DNA of 64,000 bases from Octopus sinensis. Taxonomy: Eukaryota. A program made the position numbers and the translations under genes. The notes beneath the pieces were generated by a model. It did no database searches and had not been told where the DNA came from. It worked only from the letters and a program-made list of their open reading frames with translations. Where the stretch lies: the NCBI RefSeq assembly GCF_006345805.1, contig NC_043003.1, positions 15,004,001-15,068,000 on the forward strand. The letters run 5' to 3'. Shown here piece by piece: positions 12,850 to 25,699 of this stretch; position 1 is the first letter of the stretch; each line of letters starts with the position of its first letter.

Positions 12850-13190
12850 ACTTGTTTCAGTCATTGGAGCACTGCCTTTAGTCAAGCAAATCAACTTATT
12901 CTTTGTAAGCCTAGTACTTATTTATTCGGTCTCTCTTGCCGAACTGCTAAGTGATGGGGGACGTAAACACACCACCATCGGTTATCAAGTGACAAACACA
13001 GATACACAAACATATACATACACATATATATACTAGGGGCTTCTTTCAGTTTCCGTCTACCAAATCCACTCACAAGCTTTGGTTGGCCTGAGGCCATAGT
13101 AGAAGACACTTGCCCACAGTGCCACACAGTGGGATTGAACCCGTAACCATGTTGTTAGTAAGCAAGCTACTTACACACAGCCACTCCTGC
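12850..13190 (-). mobile_element. SINE family S1
   Basis: Reverse-complement match to 994-1352. Confidence 0.8.
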
Positions 13191-13280
13191 GCATATATAT
13201 ATGTGGTGTATGTATTATATTATATATATATATATATATATTATATTATATATACTATATATATATATCTATATATATAT

Positions 13281-13311
<31 letters not shown>

Positions 13312-13539
13312 CTTGCCGCCTCGACTGGCTTCCGTGCCGGTGGCACATAAAATGCACCAATCCTGTGTGGGTGGCACGTAAAAAGCACCCACTACACTCA
13401 CGGAGTGGTTGGCATTAGGAAGGGCAACCAGCTGTAGAAACATTGCCAGATAAGACTGGAGCCTGGTGCAGCCTTCTGGCTTCCCAGATCCCCAGTTGAA
13501 CCGTCCAACACATGCTAGCATGGAGAACGGACGTTAAAC

Positions 13540-13570
<31 letters not shown>

Positions 13571-14440
13571 GTACATATACGTACATTTTTTATATACCAA
13601 ATGATATACTGAGTGGATGGTCACAGCTGGTATACCTTTGCATCATTTCCCATTACAGAAAGACAAGTAAAATTTTTTAAATTGGTGTATGTTCTTGCAT
13701 TGATGTATTTACACCATGTGTGTATGTGTATATATACATACATACATATACATGAATATATATATATATATACACACGCACACAGTACACATCAATGTGC
13801 TTAGAAAAACTAAGGTATGTAGCTGTGTGTAAACAAAAACCAAATACTCTCCATCAATTCCAATTCCTTTCTTTTCGTGTTTACCGTTTTGATACATAAA
13901 AAAAGGAGAAAAGAAAAAAAAGGAAACAACCAATCGTTCAACGTTTTGTTGAATAATGTTGTAATATTTTTGTAAATATACTATCAGCATTTTTCAATTC
14001 GCTTTTTATAACTAACATTAAACCATTCAATGCACCAGTTAAACATGTTAGAAGTAAAGTAAAAAATAAAAAATTAATAAAGTAAACAAAAATAAAGTAA
14101 AAAAAAAAAAATTAATAAAGTAAACAAAAATAAAGTAAAAAAAAATATAAAGCTGTTGATTTTTTTATAGTCTAAATGTTTATGTATTTATATACCAATG
14201 TGAGACGTCATTTTTGATAGACAGTATGTGCTGTCACATTTATGAATTAATGGTTTCTGCCTTTTAGTTGAGACCAAACTAATATTTTACTATTAAATAC
14301 AAAATTTGAAGTCTTTAGATTAGAAACTTATCAACGGTTTCACCTATTGTTTGGAACTCGTGTGCCGGTTTCTATAATTAATAAAGCTGTCACCATTTTT
14401 GACATCATAGATACACTTGTACATGTATAATTAATATACA

Positions 14441-15551
14441 TTGGGTCATCCCATAAATAATGCAGTTTTTTTTTCAATTGCATCAACTAAAAGTTGGAGA
14501 GGGATGGGATAAACTACCTGCATCAACTTGTTATAAAAGCAGGTAGTAGGTTTACCTTGTTCTTATTCTTAGTGCAAGTTTTGAAGAGTGCAGTTTGATT
14601 TTAACAGTTATTTTTTCAAAGCTATAATGGGGGTAACAAAGGAGAATATTCGGCATATTTTGCTTTATGAGTTCAGTAAAAGCAACAATGCAAGAGAAAA
14701 TGTGATTGGGGATTGGACAATAAGCATAAGCCAGTGGTTCCAGAAATTCCAAGCCAGAAACTGCTCCCAAGAAGACATACCTCATCCTGGAAGATCTGTA
14801 GAGCTCGATGAGCATGCTCTGCAAACCCGGGTGGAACAAAATCCCATCATAACTGTCGAGGAACTAGTAAAGAAGCTTGGATTTGATCATTCAACTATTC
14901 ATCAACACCTGCATGCCATTGGAAAACAACCATCTTTGGTTTCAAGACGAAAGGTGTTCTTCCATCAGGATTATGCTCGGTCACATGCAGTGAGGATGAC
15001 ATTGCAAAGGCTGGAGCAGTTTGAATGGGAAACGATTCCCCACCACACCAAATTCGCTGGACATTGCCCCATGTGATTATCATTTATTCTGCAGTATTCA
15101 AAATTGTTTGGATGAAAAAAATATGAATTCTGTAGACGAGGTCAACAACTGTGGAGAGGTATTTTTCATCACAGAGAATTGAATTTTGAAAGAGGGGCCT
15201 TGCAAGTATACCAGACAGATGGAAGTACATTGTAGAAAATAGAGGAAAATATATTTTAGATTAAAAAATAACTTCATTTATCTTTCGGTTTTGGATTTGG
15301 TTTGCAAGATTCTTTATATGAGTTTGTGTGTTGAAACATATTCTGTTGTGTCTGGGGAGAGTTATTTTATTTTTGTGCCTTATAATTTAACACACTCACT
15401 GGTAAAATTTCCACTTATTTCTTATTTTTATTTTCCTAAAATTTCCGTTGCGTCTTGCAACCTTTTTAATAGTCTTGACTCTGTCCATTTATCTTAATTT
15501 TGAAAAATAAAAGAAGTATAAAAAAACCGCATTGTTTATGGGATGACCCAA
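14441..15551 (+). mobile_element. Internally deleted mariner transposon with both TIRs (transposase pseudogene)
   Basis: TIRs TTGGGTCATCCCATAAATAATGC and GCATTGTTTATGGGATGACCCAA. ORF 14588..15076 encodes mariner-like IRHILLYEF, WFQKFQ, PGRSVELDE, FFHQDYARSH and LEQFEWETIPH motifs; the segment that should carry WVPH and the first catalytic Asp is missing. Confidence 0.9.
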
Positions 15552-16396
15552 CAGGTTTATAATTCCAACTTACATTTCACCTCATAGTGTTTCTTGTCCC
15601 TCACAAAACAGTCTTAAACATGCTAGTTTGTGGAACAGATACCAGCTGATATCTGTCAGTTTTTATCAGTTTGATTCATTATTTTGTTAACTTCTGGTTT
15701 GTGTTTTAGTGATCTAAGAATTTCCTGTGTTTTGGTTGTTTATGTTTTATATACTTTGATAACTCTATTACCGTGGAGAAGATAGAACTTGCTTACATGT
15801 TGACACTTAGAAATTAACTCTCACCTGTTTAAAGTTTCTTGTTTTTATCATCATTGCATTGGCAAGTCTACCACTGAAGGTGCTTGTACTCTTGCTCATA
15901 CAAGAATCTACATAAATGTAAGCATACACACACGTGTAGCTTGGTGTACACACGATCACAGAGCAAGTTAAAAAGCCACCTTATGTTTATAAGAATGGGG
16001 AGGTTAAAACTAAACTTAATTCATCCCTACCTTAAAATAAATTATGTTAACAGTTACCCAAATTCATTCTCACTGCATTATGCAAAAGTACATTTGTATG
16101 CATGTAGGCATCTTGAGGGTCTTTCAGAAATTCTATTAATGATCTTCTCATACATATACATGTATATTTGAGATCACCACTACTTTATTATCTCCCCTTC
16201 TTCCTAGTTCTCATGTCTGACCACTTCCATCGAGCCATCGCCATGATCTCCCTGTTTATTTCCTCATGTTCCTTTCTGTTGAAGAGCATAGGCTCAAAGC
16301 ATAAAAAACTTCCTCACCTTCCCGAGCTTTAAACTAATACACCTGTTTGTTGTTTATACACCTGTCTTCGTCTTTTGTTGTTTTGTAAATTCCAAC

Positions 16397-16474
<78 letters not shown>

Positions 16475-16879
16475 CGTATGTAGATATGTATGTGTGTTTT
16501 CGTGTCTATGTTTGTCACCCCATCACTGCTTGACAACCACTGTTGGTGTGTTTACATCCCCATAATTTAGCAGTTTGGTAAAAGAGACCAATGAAAAAAG
16601 TACTAGGCTTTAAAAAAATAACAAGTCCTGGGACCAATTGTTCGACTAAAACCCTTCAAGGTGGTGCTCCTGCATGGCCGCAGTCAAATGACTGAAACAT
16701 GCAAAAGCATAAAAGAATTCAAAACGTTTTGTAATAAGAAACTCACAGAATCAGTTCAAGTGGCCATTTCTCCCCACCCTCAACCCCAACCCCATCCTCG
16801 GAAACCATGTTTCAATGATAAAAAAAAACCTGAGATTCAAGAAGCAATGATTGTACAGACGGTTGTACTCAGCACTCCT

Positions 16880-16983
16880 TACCACCACAACCACCACCAC
16901 TGCCATCACCACCATCACCAACACCATCATCACCATCACATCATCATCACCATCATCATCATCACCACCATCATCATCACCAA

Positions 16984-17015
<32 letters not shown>

Positions 17016-17140
17016 TCATCACCATCATCACCATCATCATCATCACCATCATCATCACCATCACCATCATCATCATCATCACCACCACCACAACCACCAT
17101 CATCATCATCATCATCACCACCACCATCATCATCACCACC

Positions 17141-17174
<34 letters not shown>

Positions 17175-17472
17175 CCATCATCATCATCACCATCATCATC
17201 ACCATCACCATCATCATTCTCATCACCATCATCATCATTACCATCATCATCATCATCGTCATCATCATTTTCAAGAGCAGCAACAGCAGCATCCGTCAAC
17301 TGATTATTTACAAACCTTGCTTACAATCTTCAGTATGGCATTTCCTTTTACCAGAACATCTCAATTTCCATCTTTTGCATTTCCTGAGAAAATCTTGCTC
17401 CACTTCTTTAGCATCTTCTTGCCATCTTTTTCTTCATTTTCTTCTTCTCCTCATTGTCATTATTACTATTAC

Positions 17473-17525
<53 letters not shown>
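16880..17525. repeat. (CAT/CAC)n and (TTA)n microsatellites
   Basis: Direct inspection. Confidence 0.95.
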
Positions 17526-17528
<3 letters not shown>

Positions 17529-17564
17529 CCAAGGTTGGGCGTTTGACATCTAATATGTTGCCAG

Positions 17565-17900
17565 GTGCTCACTGCATTGTGCCAGTTGCCCAAAACCCTT
17601 AGCTGGAAAACAACCCAAGATTTCTATATGGTGCTAATTGAGGGTATGAGTGATGATGGCCTAGGATTGAATGTAGACATCAATGAGAACAGCCTGAGTA
17701 GTCTCTTCCAGAGGATCTTCAGGCTGAAGATCACAGACTATTTCCAAAAGTCTTTGGCTTGGCAGTACTACAGAGGGGCATTGCCCGTTCGAGATGAGCT
17801 CTTCAGACATGGAGGTGCCAACAGCCAAACCTGCCTGAGATGCTTGCAGGGGAATAAAACCATCCTTCATGCAATAATTCAGTGTCAGTGTCTTATATAG
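17565..17900 (+). mobile_element. Tx1/L1-clade LINE ORF2 C-terminal fragment
   Basis: AWQYYRGALPVRDELFRHG...CLRCLQGNKTILHAIIQC matches the W..H/R.ALPV...CxxC...ET..H....C zinc-knuckle region found downstream of RT in L1/Tx1 elements. Confidence 0.65.
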
Positions 17901-18431
17901 GTTTAACAGGACATACATTCAAGAATAGGTTCACACAGCATACATATTCTATCAAGAACCAGGAGTAACGAAACAGTACCTATCACAGTCCAACTGTGCA
18001 ATAAAAACATTATGTGCCTACACTTCCCCTTTTGTCTGTCTGTCTGTCTTCTCTCTCTCTCTCCCTCTCTTATTCTCTCACTCTCTTTTCTTTCCTCTCC
18101 TTTCCAACTGGGATAGCCATGTATCTCCTCTCGGGCAAGACACCTGTGTCTGCGTCTATCATAACCTCTAATCACCAGGCAAAAGCCACTTGTCTTATTA
18201 CTAATCCCTCTTTGAAGTGAGAGGTCATTGTCTTGGAAGTTACTTGGTGATCTCACTGGTACTGGTGCTACATAAAAAGCACCTGGTACACACTGTAAAG
18301 TGGTTGGCATTAGGAAGGACATCCAGCCATAGGGACTCTGCCAACGCAGACATTAAAGCTTGGCACAGTCCTCTGTGTTGTTGGTTCATGCTGAACCAGT
18401 CCAACCCATGCCAGCATGGAATATGGATTTT

Positions 18432-19297
18432 AAATGATAATGATGAGGAGGATATCAATGATGATGACAACAAAGATGATGACGATGATGACAATGATGG
18501 CAACAATGACAACAATGATATCAATGACGATGATGATGATGATGACAATGATGATGATGACAATGATGATGATGATGATTATGATGACGACAGCGATGAT
18601 GATAACGATGATGATGATGACAACGATGATGATGACGATGATGATGATGACAATGATGATGATGATGATGATGACGACAACGATGATGATGACGATGATG
18701 ATGACAACAATGATTATGATGACGATGATGATGACGATGATGATGATGATTACGATGATAATGACGACAACAATGATGATGATGATGACGACAACGATGA
18801 TGATGATGATAATGTTGATGACAATGATGAAGATGACAATGATGATGATGACAATGATGATGAGGACAACGATGATGAAGACAACAATGATGATGAAGAC
18901 GATGATGACGACGACAATGATGATGATGACAATGATGATAACAACAATGATGATGATGACGACAGCGATGATAATGACGATGATGACGACAATGATGCTG
19001 ATGATGATAATGATGACAACAATGATGATGACAATGATGATGACGACAACGATGATGATGACGATGATGATGACCACAATGATGATGACGACGATGGTGA
19101 TGACGACAACGATAATGATGATGATGACGATGGTGATGACGACAACGATAATGATGATGATGATGACCACAACAATGATGATGACAACGATGATGATGAC
19201 GATGAAGACGACGACGACAGCAATGACGATGGCACCTACAATGACGATAATGATAATGATGACGATGGCAATGATAATGACGACAAATACGACGATT
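18432..19297. repeat. ~0.87-kb degenerate (GAT/GAC/AAT)n tract extending an S2 element tail
   Basis: Starts directly after the S2 3' end (CATGCCAGCATGG...AAATGAT). Explains the poly-D/M/H ORFs. Confidence 0.95.
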
Positions 19298-20003
19298 AGT
19301 TTTTGTGAGGCCAAATGTTACAAACACAGTGATCAACCAGCTCATCCAGAGGAAAATAAGGTTCATTTGACCCCAAAATACGATTAAGTAAATTTTGATT
19401 ATTCAAAATCCATGAATAAATTCTAAAGCCTTTTTTCCTCTTTCTTCATGTTTAATTGACTGCAGCAAAGAAATCTTGTACGGCCATAAACCACATGAAT
19501 GGAATAATCTGCATAAATTTTATCTGGGATGTCACATGCTCTGCTTATAAAAGTGGAATTATGCATGGCCAATTTCTTTTCAATTTTGTACATCTTACTA
19601 TGCTTTCCTAACCCTTTCTTTTTCCCTCTTCGATTTAGGGTTGAGCTGCCCTTAAAGCATCGAGCAAAGAATTTGCTTCTTCAAACTTCGTTTATGAGAT
19701 TTGTAACAGTGCTTGAATTAAATGGGTCTCTGCATAGGTGGTCTTCACTTCTGTAGCCATGTAATCTTGTTATTGCACTTCACCCATACATACAATACAT
19801 ACATACTCACACACACACACACAAACATTACATACTTTACACACACACACACATATATACATGTATGTATATATATATGCATATACTCACATATATATAC
19901 ATATATGCATGTGTGTGTGTGTATAAATATATATATATATCAATCGATAGATAGCTGTGTGTGTATATGTATATCTATCTATCAATATATATACATAAAT
20001 ATA

Positions 20004-20047
<44 letters not shown>

Positions 20048-20414
20048 GGTTTAGAGATGATGTACAGGTATTTTATATTAGAAGAAATGAGGTACTAAGA
20101 AATTCGGATGGTTATATATTTACAGATATTTATTTGTATATTACATGTTTTTATACATCATATATCATATCATATATCATATATATTAGCGCTTTCGTCC
20201 ATTCTAGTGGAGTTTTCAAACTGAACTATCAATTAGATCAATTTGAAAACTCCACTAGAATGGACAAAAGTGCTAATATATGATATATGATATATGATAT
20301 ATGATGTATAAAAACATGTAATATATATATATGTATCAATACACACACATGCATACATTGAGTTGGTGTTCTACTCAACATTTAAATACACAAATTTATT
20401 AATATTTTTATATT

Positions 20415-20786
20415 GGCTATGTGGTAAGAAGCTTGCTTCCCAACCACATGGTTCCAGGTTCAGTCCCACTACATGGCACCTTAGGCAAGTGTCTTCTACT
20501 ATAGCCTTGGTCCAACCAATGCCTTCTGAGTGGATTTGGTAGATGGAAACTGAAAGAAGCCTGTCGTATATATATGTGTTTGTAGTTTGTGTCTGTGTTT
20601 TTCCCCAACCATCGCTTGACAACCGATGTCGGTGTGCTTACGTCCCCGTCACCTAGCAGTTTGGTGAAAAGAGACCAATAAAATAAGTACTAGGCTTATA
20701 TAGAATAAGTCTTGGGGTCGATTTATTTGACTAAAGGTGGTGCTCCAGCATGGCCGCAATCAAATGACTGAAACAAGTAAAAGAGT
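20415..20786 (+). mobile_element. SINE family S1
   Basis: Match to 994-1352 and 46055-46458. Confidence 0.85.
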
Positions 20787-20787
20787 A

Positions 20788-20820
<33 letters not shown>

Positions 20821-20826
<6 letters not shown>

Positions 20827-21112
20827 GGTCTGGGGAGAGTCATTCTCTTTTAATGCCTTATTATTTAACACACTCACCAGTTCGATTTCCACTCATTTTT
20901 TTCATTTTTCTAAATTTTTTGTTGCATCCTGCAAAGGTTGCAAGAGGCAACAAAAATTTCAGATAAAGTAAATATGTGAGTGGAAATCAAACCAGTGAGT
21001 GTGTTGAATTAATAAGCCACTAAAAGAGAATGACTCTCCTCAGACACAATAAAATATGCCTCAACACACGAATTTCTTATAAAGAATCTTGCAAACCAAA
21101 TACAAAAACGAA
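20821..21112. repeat. Fold-back (inverted) copy of a dispersed repeat also present at 15285-15475 and 51180-51300
   Basis: TCTGGGGAGAGTCATTCTCTTTTA...AACACACTCACCAG is mirrored by CAGTGAGTGTGTT...TAAAAGAGAATGACTCTCCTCAGA. Confidence 0.75.
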
Positions 21113-21149
21113 ATATATATATATATACATATATATACATACATATATT

Positions 21150-21190
<41 letters not shown>

Positions 21191-21420
21191 AGGAGGGTTA
21201 TAATACTATTTCACTTATACAAAAACAGCCATACCAACAATCCAACATACCTCCCTCATCAGCTGCCCCACATATATATATACACATATATATATACACT
21301 CACACACAAATGAGTGTGTGTGCATGTGTGTGTGTGCTTGCAATTTTTGGGCTATTTGGTTATTGTTGAATATGTTGATCATGATGCTGAATGTTCATGC
21401 TTATTGGTGACTATATACGG

Positions 21421-21617
21421 ACATACATACATACATACATACATACATACATACATACATACATACATACATGCATACGTACATACATACATACATATAT
21501 ACATACATACATACATACATACATACATGCATGAATACGTACATACATACATACATACATACATACATGCATACGTACATACATACGTACATACATACAT
21601 ACATACATACATACATG

Positions 21618-21649
<32 letters not shown>

Positions 21650-21679
21650 CATACATACATTCATACATTCATACATACA

Positions 21680-21710
<31 letters not shown>

Positions 21711-22393
21711 GTACATTCATACATACATGCATGCATACGTACATACATACATACATACATACATAATGCATACGTACATACATACGTACATACATACATA
21801 CATTACATACATACATACTTGCATACATACATACATACATACATACATACATACATACATACATGCATACGTACATACATACATACATACATACATACAT
21901 ACATACATACATACATACATACATACATACATACAATGCATACGTACATACATACATACATGCATACATACATACATACATACATACATTACATACATTA
22001 CATACATACATGCAACCATACATACATACATGCATACGTACATACATACATACATGCATACATTATACATACATACATACATACATACATACATACATAC
22101 ATACATACATGCATACGTACATACATACGTACATACATACATACATACATACATACATGCATACATACATACATACATACATACATACATACATACATAC
22201 ATGCATACGTACATACATACATACATACATACATACATACATACATACATACATACATACATACATGCATACGTACATACATACATACATGCATACATTC
22301 ATACATACATACATACATACATACATACATACATACATACATACATGCATACGTACATACATACATACATGCATACATTCATACATTCATACA

Positions 22394-22424
<31 letters not shown>

Positions 22425-22829
22425 GTACATTCATACATACATGCATGCATACGTACATACATACATACATACATACATACATACATACATACACACATGC
22501 ATACATACATGCATACGTACATACATACATACATACATACATACATACATACATACATACATACATGCATGAATACGTACATACATACATATATACATAC
22601 ATACGTACATACATATGTACATTCATACATACATGCATACGTACATACATACATACATACATACATACATACATGCATACGTACATACATACATACATAA
22701 ATACATGCATACATACATGCATACATACATACATGCATACATACATGCATACGTACATACATACATACATGCATACATACATGCATACGTACATACATAC
22801 ATACATACACACATGCATACATACATACA

Positions 22830-22860
<31 letters not shown>
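21421..22860. repeat. ~1.44-kb (CATA)n tetranucleotide array with CATG/CGTA variants
   Basis: Direct inspection; source of all the HTYI/MYVC ORFs. Confidence 0.97.
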
Positions 22861-22973
22861 GTACCATATATATATATATATATCGGCGCGAGTGCGACGA
22901 TTTGAAAATTTTAGGTCAGATATGGCGAGGCATGGACGAGAATGCCTCGTGAAAAATATCGTTCCGATTGGCT

Positions 22974-23080
22974 ATTCCTTACTGATGAATCTAAGGGCCT
23001 ATGGTAGATTGGCTTGATTTAATTTAATCAGGTTAGTTTACCATTAAACAGTAGAAAGAAAACGGTGCATCGTATAAGGA
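22974..23080 (+). ncRNA. Type I hammerhead ribozyme, copy 1 (extra A residues near GAAA)
   Basis: UCCUUA-CUGAUGA-...-GAAAA-CGGUGCAUCG-UA-UAAGGA. Predicted cleavage after 23074. Confidence 0.55.
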
Positions 23081-23472
23081 TTTCAGGGTAAATGTTTTTT
23101 AATTTTCCTGGTTTACGGAATTAATTATTTGCGGTTGTTGAAGCTTTGCGTTGAAGCTTTTGGCTGTTATTGTAGTGGGTGAATGGCCTATTATGGCCGT
23201 TCCTTGATTGTGATATTGAACTTAAAAATGGTTTATGACTATTTAATTTTTTCCCACTAGGCCGCTGGGGGCAAAAGAATTCTACAAAATTTTTTTGCCT
23301 CCCTATATGATTAATTATGAATTTTCTGGTTGGTTCCGTAATGGAATCGGCGGCTATATTTATTTGCTGCCGATAAATTTGGCGCGAGTGCGACGATTTG
23401 AAAATTTTAGGTCAGATATTGGCGAGGCATGGACGAGAATGCCTCGTGAAAAATATCTGTTCCGATTTGGCT

Positions 23473-23580
23473 ATTCCTTACTGATGAATCTAAGGGCCTA
23501 TGGTAGATTGGCTTGATTTAATTTAATCAGGTTAGTTTACCATTAAACAGTAGAAGAAACGGTGCAATCGTATAAGGAAT
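23473..23580 (+). ncRNA. Type I hammerhead ribozyme, copy 2 (intact core)
   Basis: Stem I AUUCCUUA (23473-80) pairs with UAAGGAAU (23573-80), 8 of 8 bp. CUGAUGA at 23481-87, GAAA at 23556-59, stem III CGGU-GCA-AUCG, cleavage triplet GUA (after 23572). Stem II is UCUA/UAGA closing a ~58-nt insert. Confidence 0.7.
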
Positions 23581-23841
23581 TTCAGGGTAAATGTTTTTTA
23601 ATTTTCTCCTGGTTTACGGAATTAATGTTATTTTGCGGTTGGTTGAAGCTTTTGGCTGTTATTTCTAGTGGGTGAATGGCCTATTATGGCCGTTCCTTGA
23701 TTGTGATATTGAACTTAAAAATGGTTTATGACTATTTAATTTTTTCCCACTAGGCCGCTGGGGGCAAAAGAATTCTACAAAATTTTTTTGCCTCCCTATA
23801 TTGATTAATTATAATATATATATATATATATTATATATATA

Positions 23842-24723
23842 CAGGGTGCAATGAATAAACTGTTGTCTAAATTATGCAAAAATAAAAATAATACAGACAT
23901 CTCATTTTAACTGATATATTTACCAAAATTACCTGAAGATATCTTGAAATACTAAAGAGTAAATTTATTCAATAAAATCGCCATTGGCTTTACCCATGGC
24001 CTCCAGACGACTTCAGAATCTCCTGCAACTCTTCTAGACAGCCTCCTAGTTTAAGTTGGTGAATGCTGCCATAATCCTTGCTTTCAGTTTATTTTCGGTG
24101 TTACAAACAGTTTTGTTGGTCTCTTCCACACATAATCAGGGTTCAGCAGTCTGAGGAGTTAAGTGGCCAGATGTTGAGGGTGATGGGGGAAAGTGAATGT
24201 GGTCGCAGAAATTGTCTGACAGCCATGACTGGGTTCTCCTGCTTGTGTGGCATGGTGCAGAGTCCTGTTGCCAGACATAGGCTCTTCCTGCAGCCACCCT
24301 CTTGACCCAGGGCAGCACTACCTCCTCCAGGCAATCGATGTAGGCCTCCGTGTTGAGTCTGGGGCCATGTTTGAAGATGAATGGAGCCATAATGTCACTA
24401 TCACTAGTGATCAATCCAAACACCATGATGTTGAGTGGATATTTGATTTTTATCACTCTCGGTACATGTCCTCAGATTGCACTGTCCTCAGATTGACACC
24501 CAAACACTCTGAAATATTAACATTTGAGCTTCCAGCAGGAATGCAAAGCAGTATAGCATGATGTTTCCAAATTTCTGGCAGAATGAATTAAGTCATGGTA
24601 CTGCTTTTCTCACAGACAGTGCCCAACCTACCCTACTAAACCGTGTAGTAGACAAAATCAAAAACAATGTTCAAGCACGAGATTAAAAATATAAAATGGT
24701 GACAATTTACCCATCACAACCTG
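23842..24723 (-). mobile_element. Tc1/mariner-superfamily (DD37D/maT-like) transposon remnant with TIRs
   Basis: Left end TA|CAGGGTGCAATGAATAAACTG and right end GACAATTTACCCATCACAACCTG. Minus ORFs encode MVFGLITSDSDIMAPFIF, YVWQQDSAPCH and IWPLNSSDC. Confidence 0.85.
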
Positions 24724-25423
24724 TGTATGTATATATCATCATCATCATCATCATCGTTTAGCGTCCGTTTTCCATGCTAGCATGGGTTGGACGGTTCTAC
24801 TGGGGTCTGTGAAGCCAGAAGGCTTCATCAGGCCCAGTCAAATCTGGCAGTGTTTCTACGGCTGGATGCCCTTCCTAACGCCAACCACTCCGTGAGTGTA
24901 GTGGGTGCTTTTTACGTGCCACCCGCACTGGTGCCAGACAGAGCTGGCAAACGGCCACGAACGGATGGTGCTTTTTATGTGCCACCGGCACGAGGGCCAG
25001 GCGAGGCTGGCAACGGACACGAAACGGGGATATATATATATATATATATGCACTATAATAATAGCAATGGACTATAATAACTGTTATAATTTAATTATTC
25101 ATAGTCTGATATAATATTTCAGAATGCAAAAATTCCTTTTTCAGATATCCCCAGGAATTGATCAAGTCACTGCTATAATCGGTTTTCCAACAATTCTTTT
25201 TCTTTTCCAGAAGCGTCTCTGCAGTCAAATCATGAATCTCCTTCTGGAATTCCTCATGAGAAGTGCATGAGAGCGGCCATGTCTCAATCTGGAACTCGAC
25301 TGAAAAAAGAAAACTCCGAATGACCCATCCTTATTTTCTTTGTATCGTCTATCTGGATGTTTTGTTGTCCCTTTTTTGTATCACCTAACTGACTGGATGT
25401 TTTGCATTCTTGTCCCATTTTTG

Positions 25424-25464
<41 letters not shown>

Positions 25465-25468
<4 letters not shown>

Positions 25469-25665
25469 CAGGGGCTGAAAAGTTCATGGTTTTAGTGGTA
25501 TCATGATAGGCCTGGTTGGAGGCCCAGCCTTCCAAGTTCTTTTATAGGGCTTAGAAAAATGAAAGCCCACTGCAATAAATGCATGAATCTGAGAGGAGGA
25601 TATGTTGAATAAAATCATAATTAACTGATTCTCCTGTATTTTTTTTTACCGAAAGCCAGCATCCA

Positions 25666-25668
<3 letters not shown>
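25465..25668 (+). mobile_element. Short mariner-derived remnant
   Basis: GGGGCTGAAAAGTTC terminus-like start; encodes a HCNKCMNLRGGYVE* tail typical of mariner transposase C-termini. Confidence 0.55.

Positions 25669-25699
<31 letters not shown>

Larger units (their letters stand above)
22885..23812 (+). mobile_element. Tandem ~496-bp non-coding unit (about 1.9 copies), each with a hammerhead; retrozyme-like or Penelope pLTR-like
   Basis: GGCGCGAGTGCGACGATTTG starts at 22885 and again at 23381. The copies differ mostly by small indels. The unit is CpG-rich, flanked by (TA)n and has no meaningful ORF. Confidence 0.7.

Noticed and set aside
16661-17602. 313-aa His/Ile-rich ORF
   Set aside because: A SINE tail plus (CAT)n and (TTA)n repeats.
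18217-19387. Long Asp-rich and Met-rich ORFs (360 and 317 aa)
   Set aside because: They are translations of a (GAT/GAC)n tract that is open in several frames and begins inside a SINE-like element.
21314-23017. ORFs of up to 409 aa made of HTYI/MYVC repeats
   Set aside because: (CATA)n microsatellite.
23295-23516. 73-aa ORF spanning the junction of the 496-bp tandem unit
   Set aside because: TTG start, indels relative to the other copy and no domain; the unit is better explained as structured RNA.
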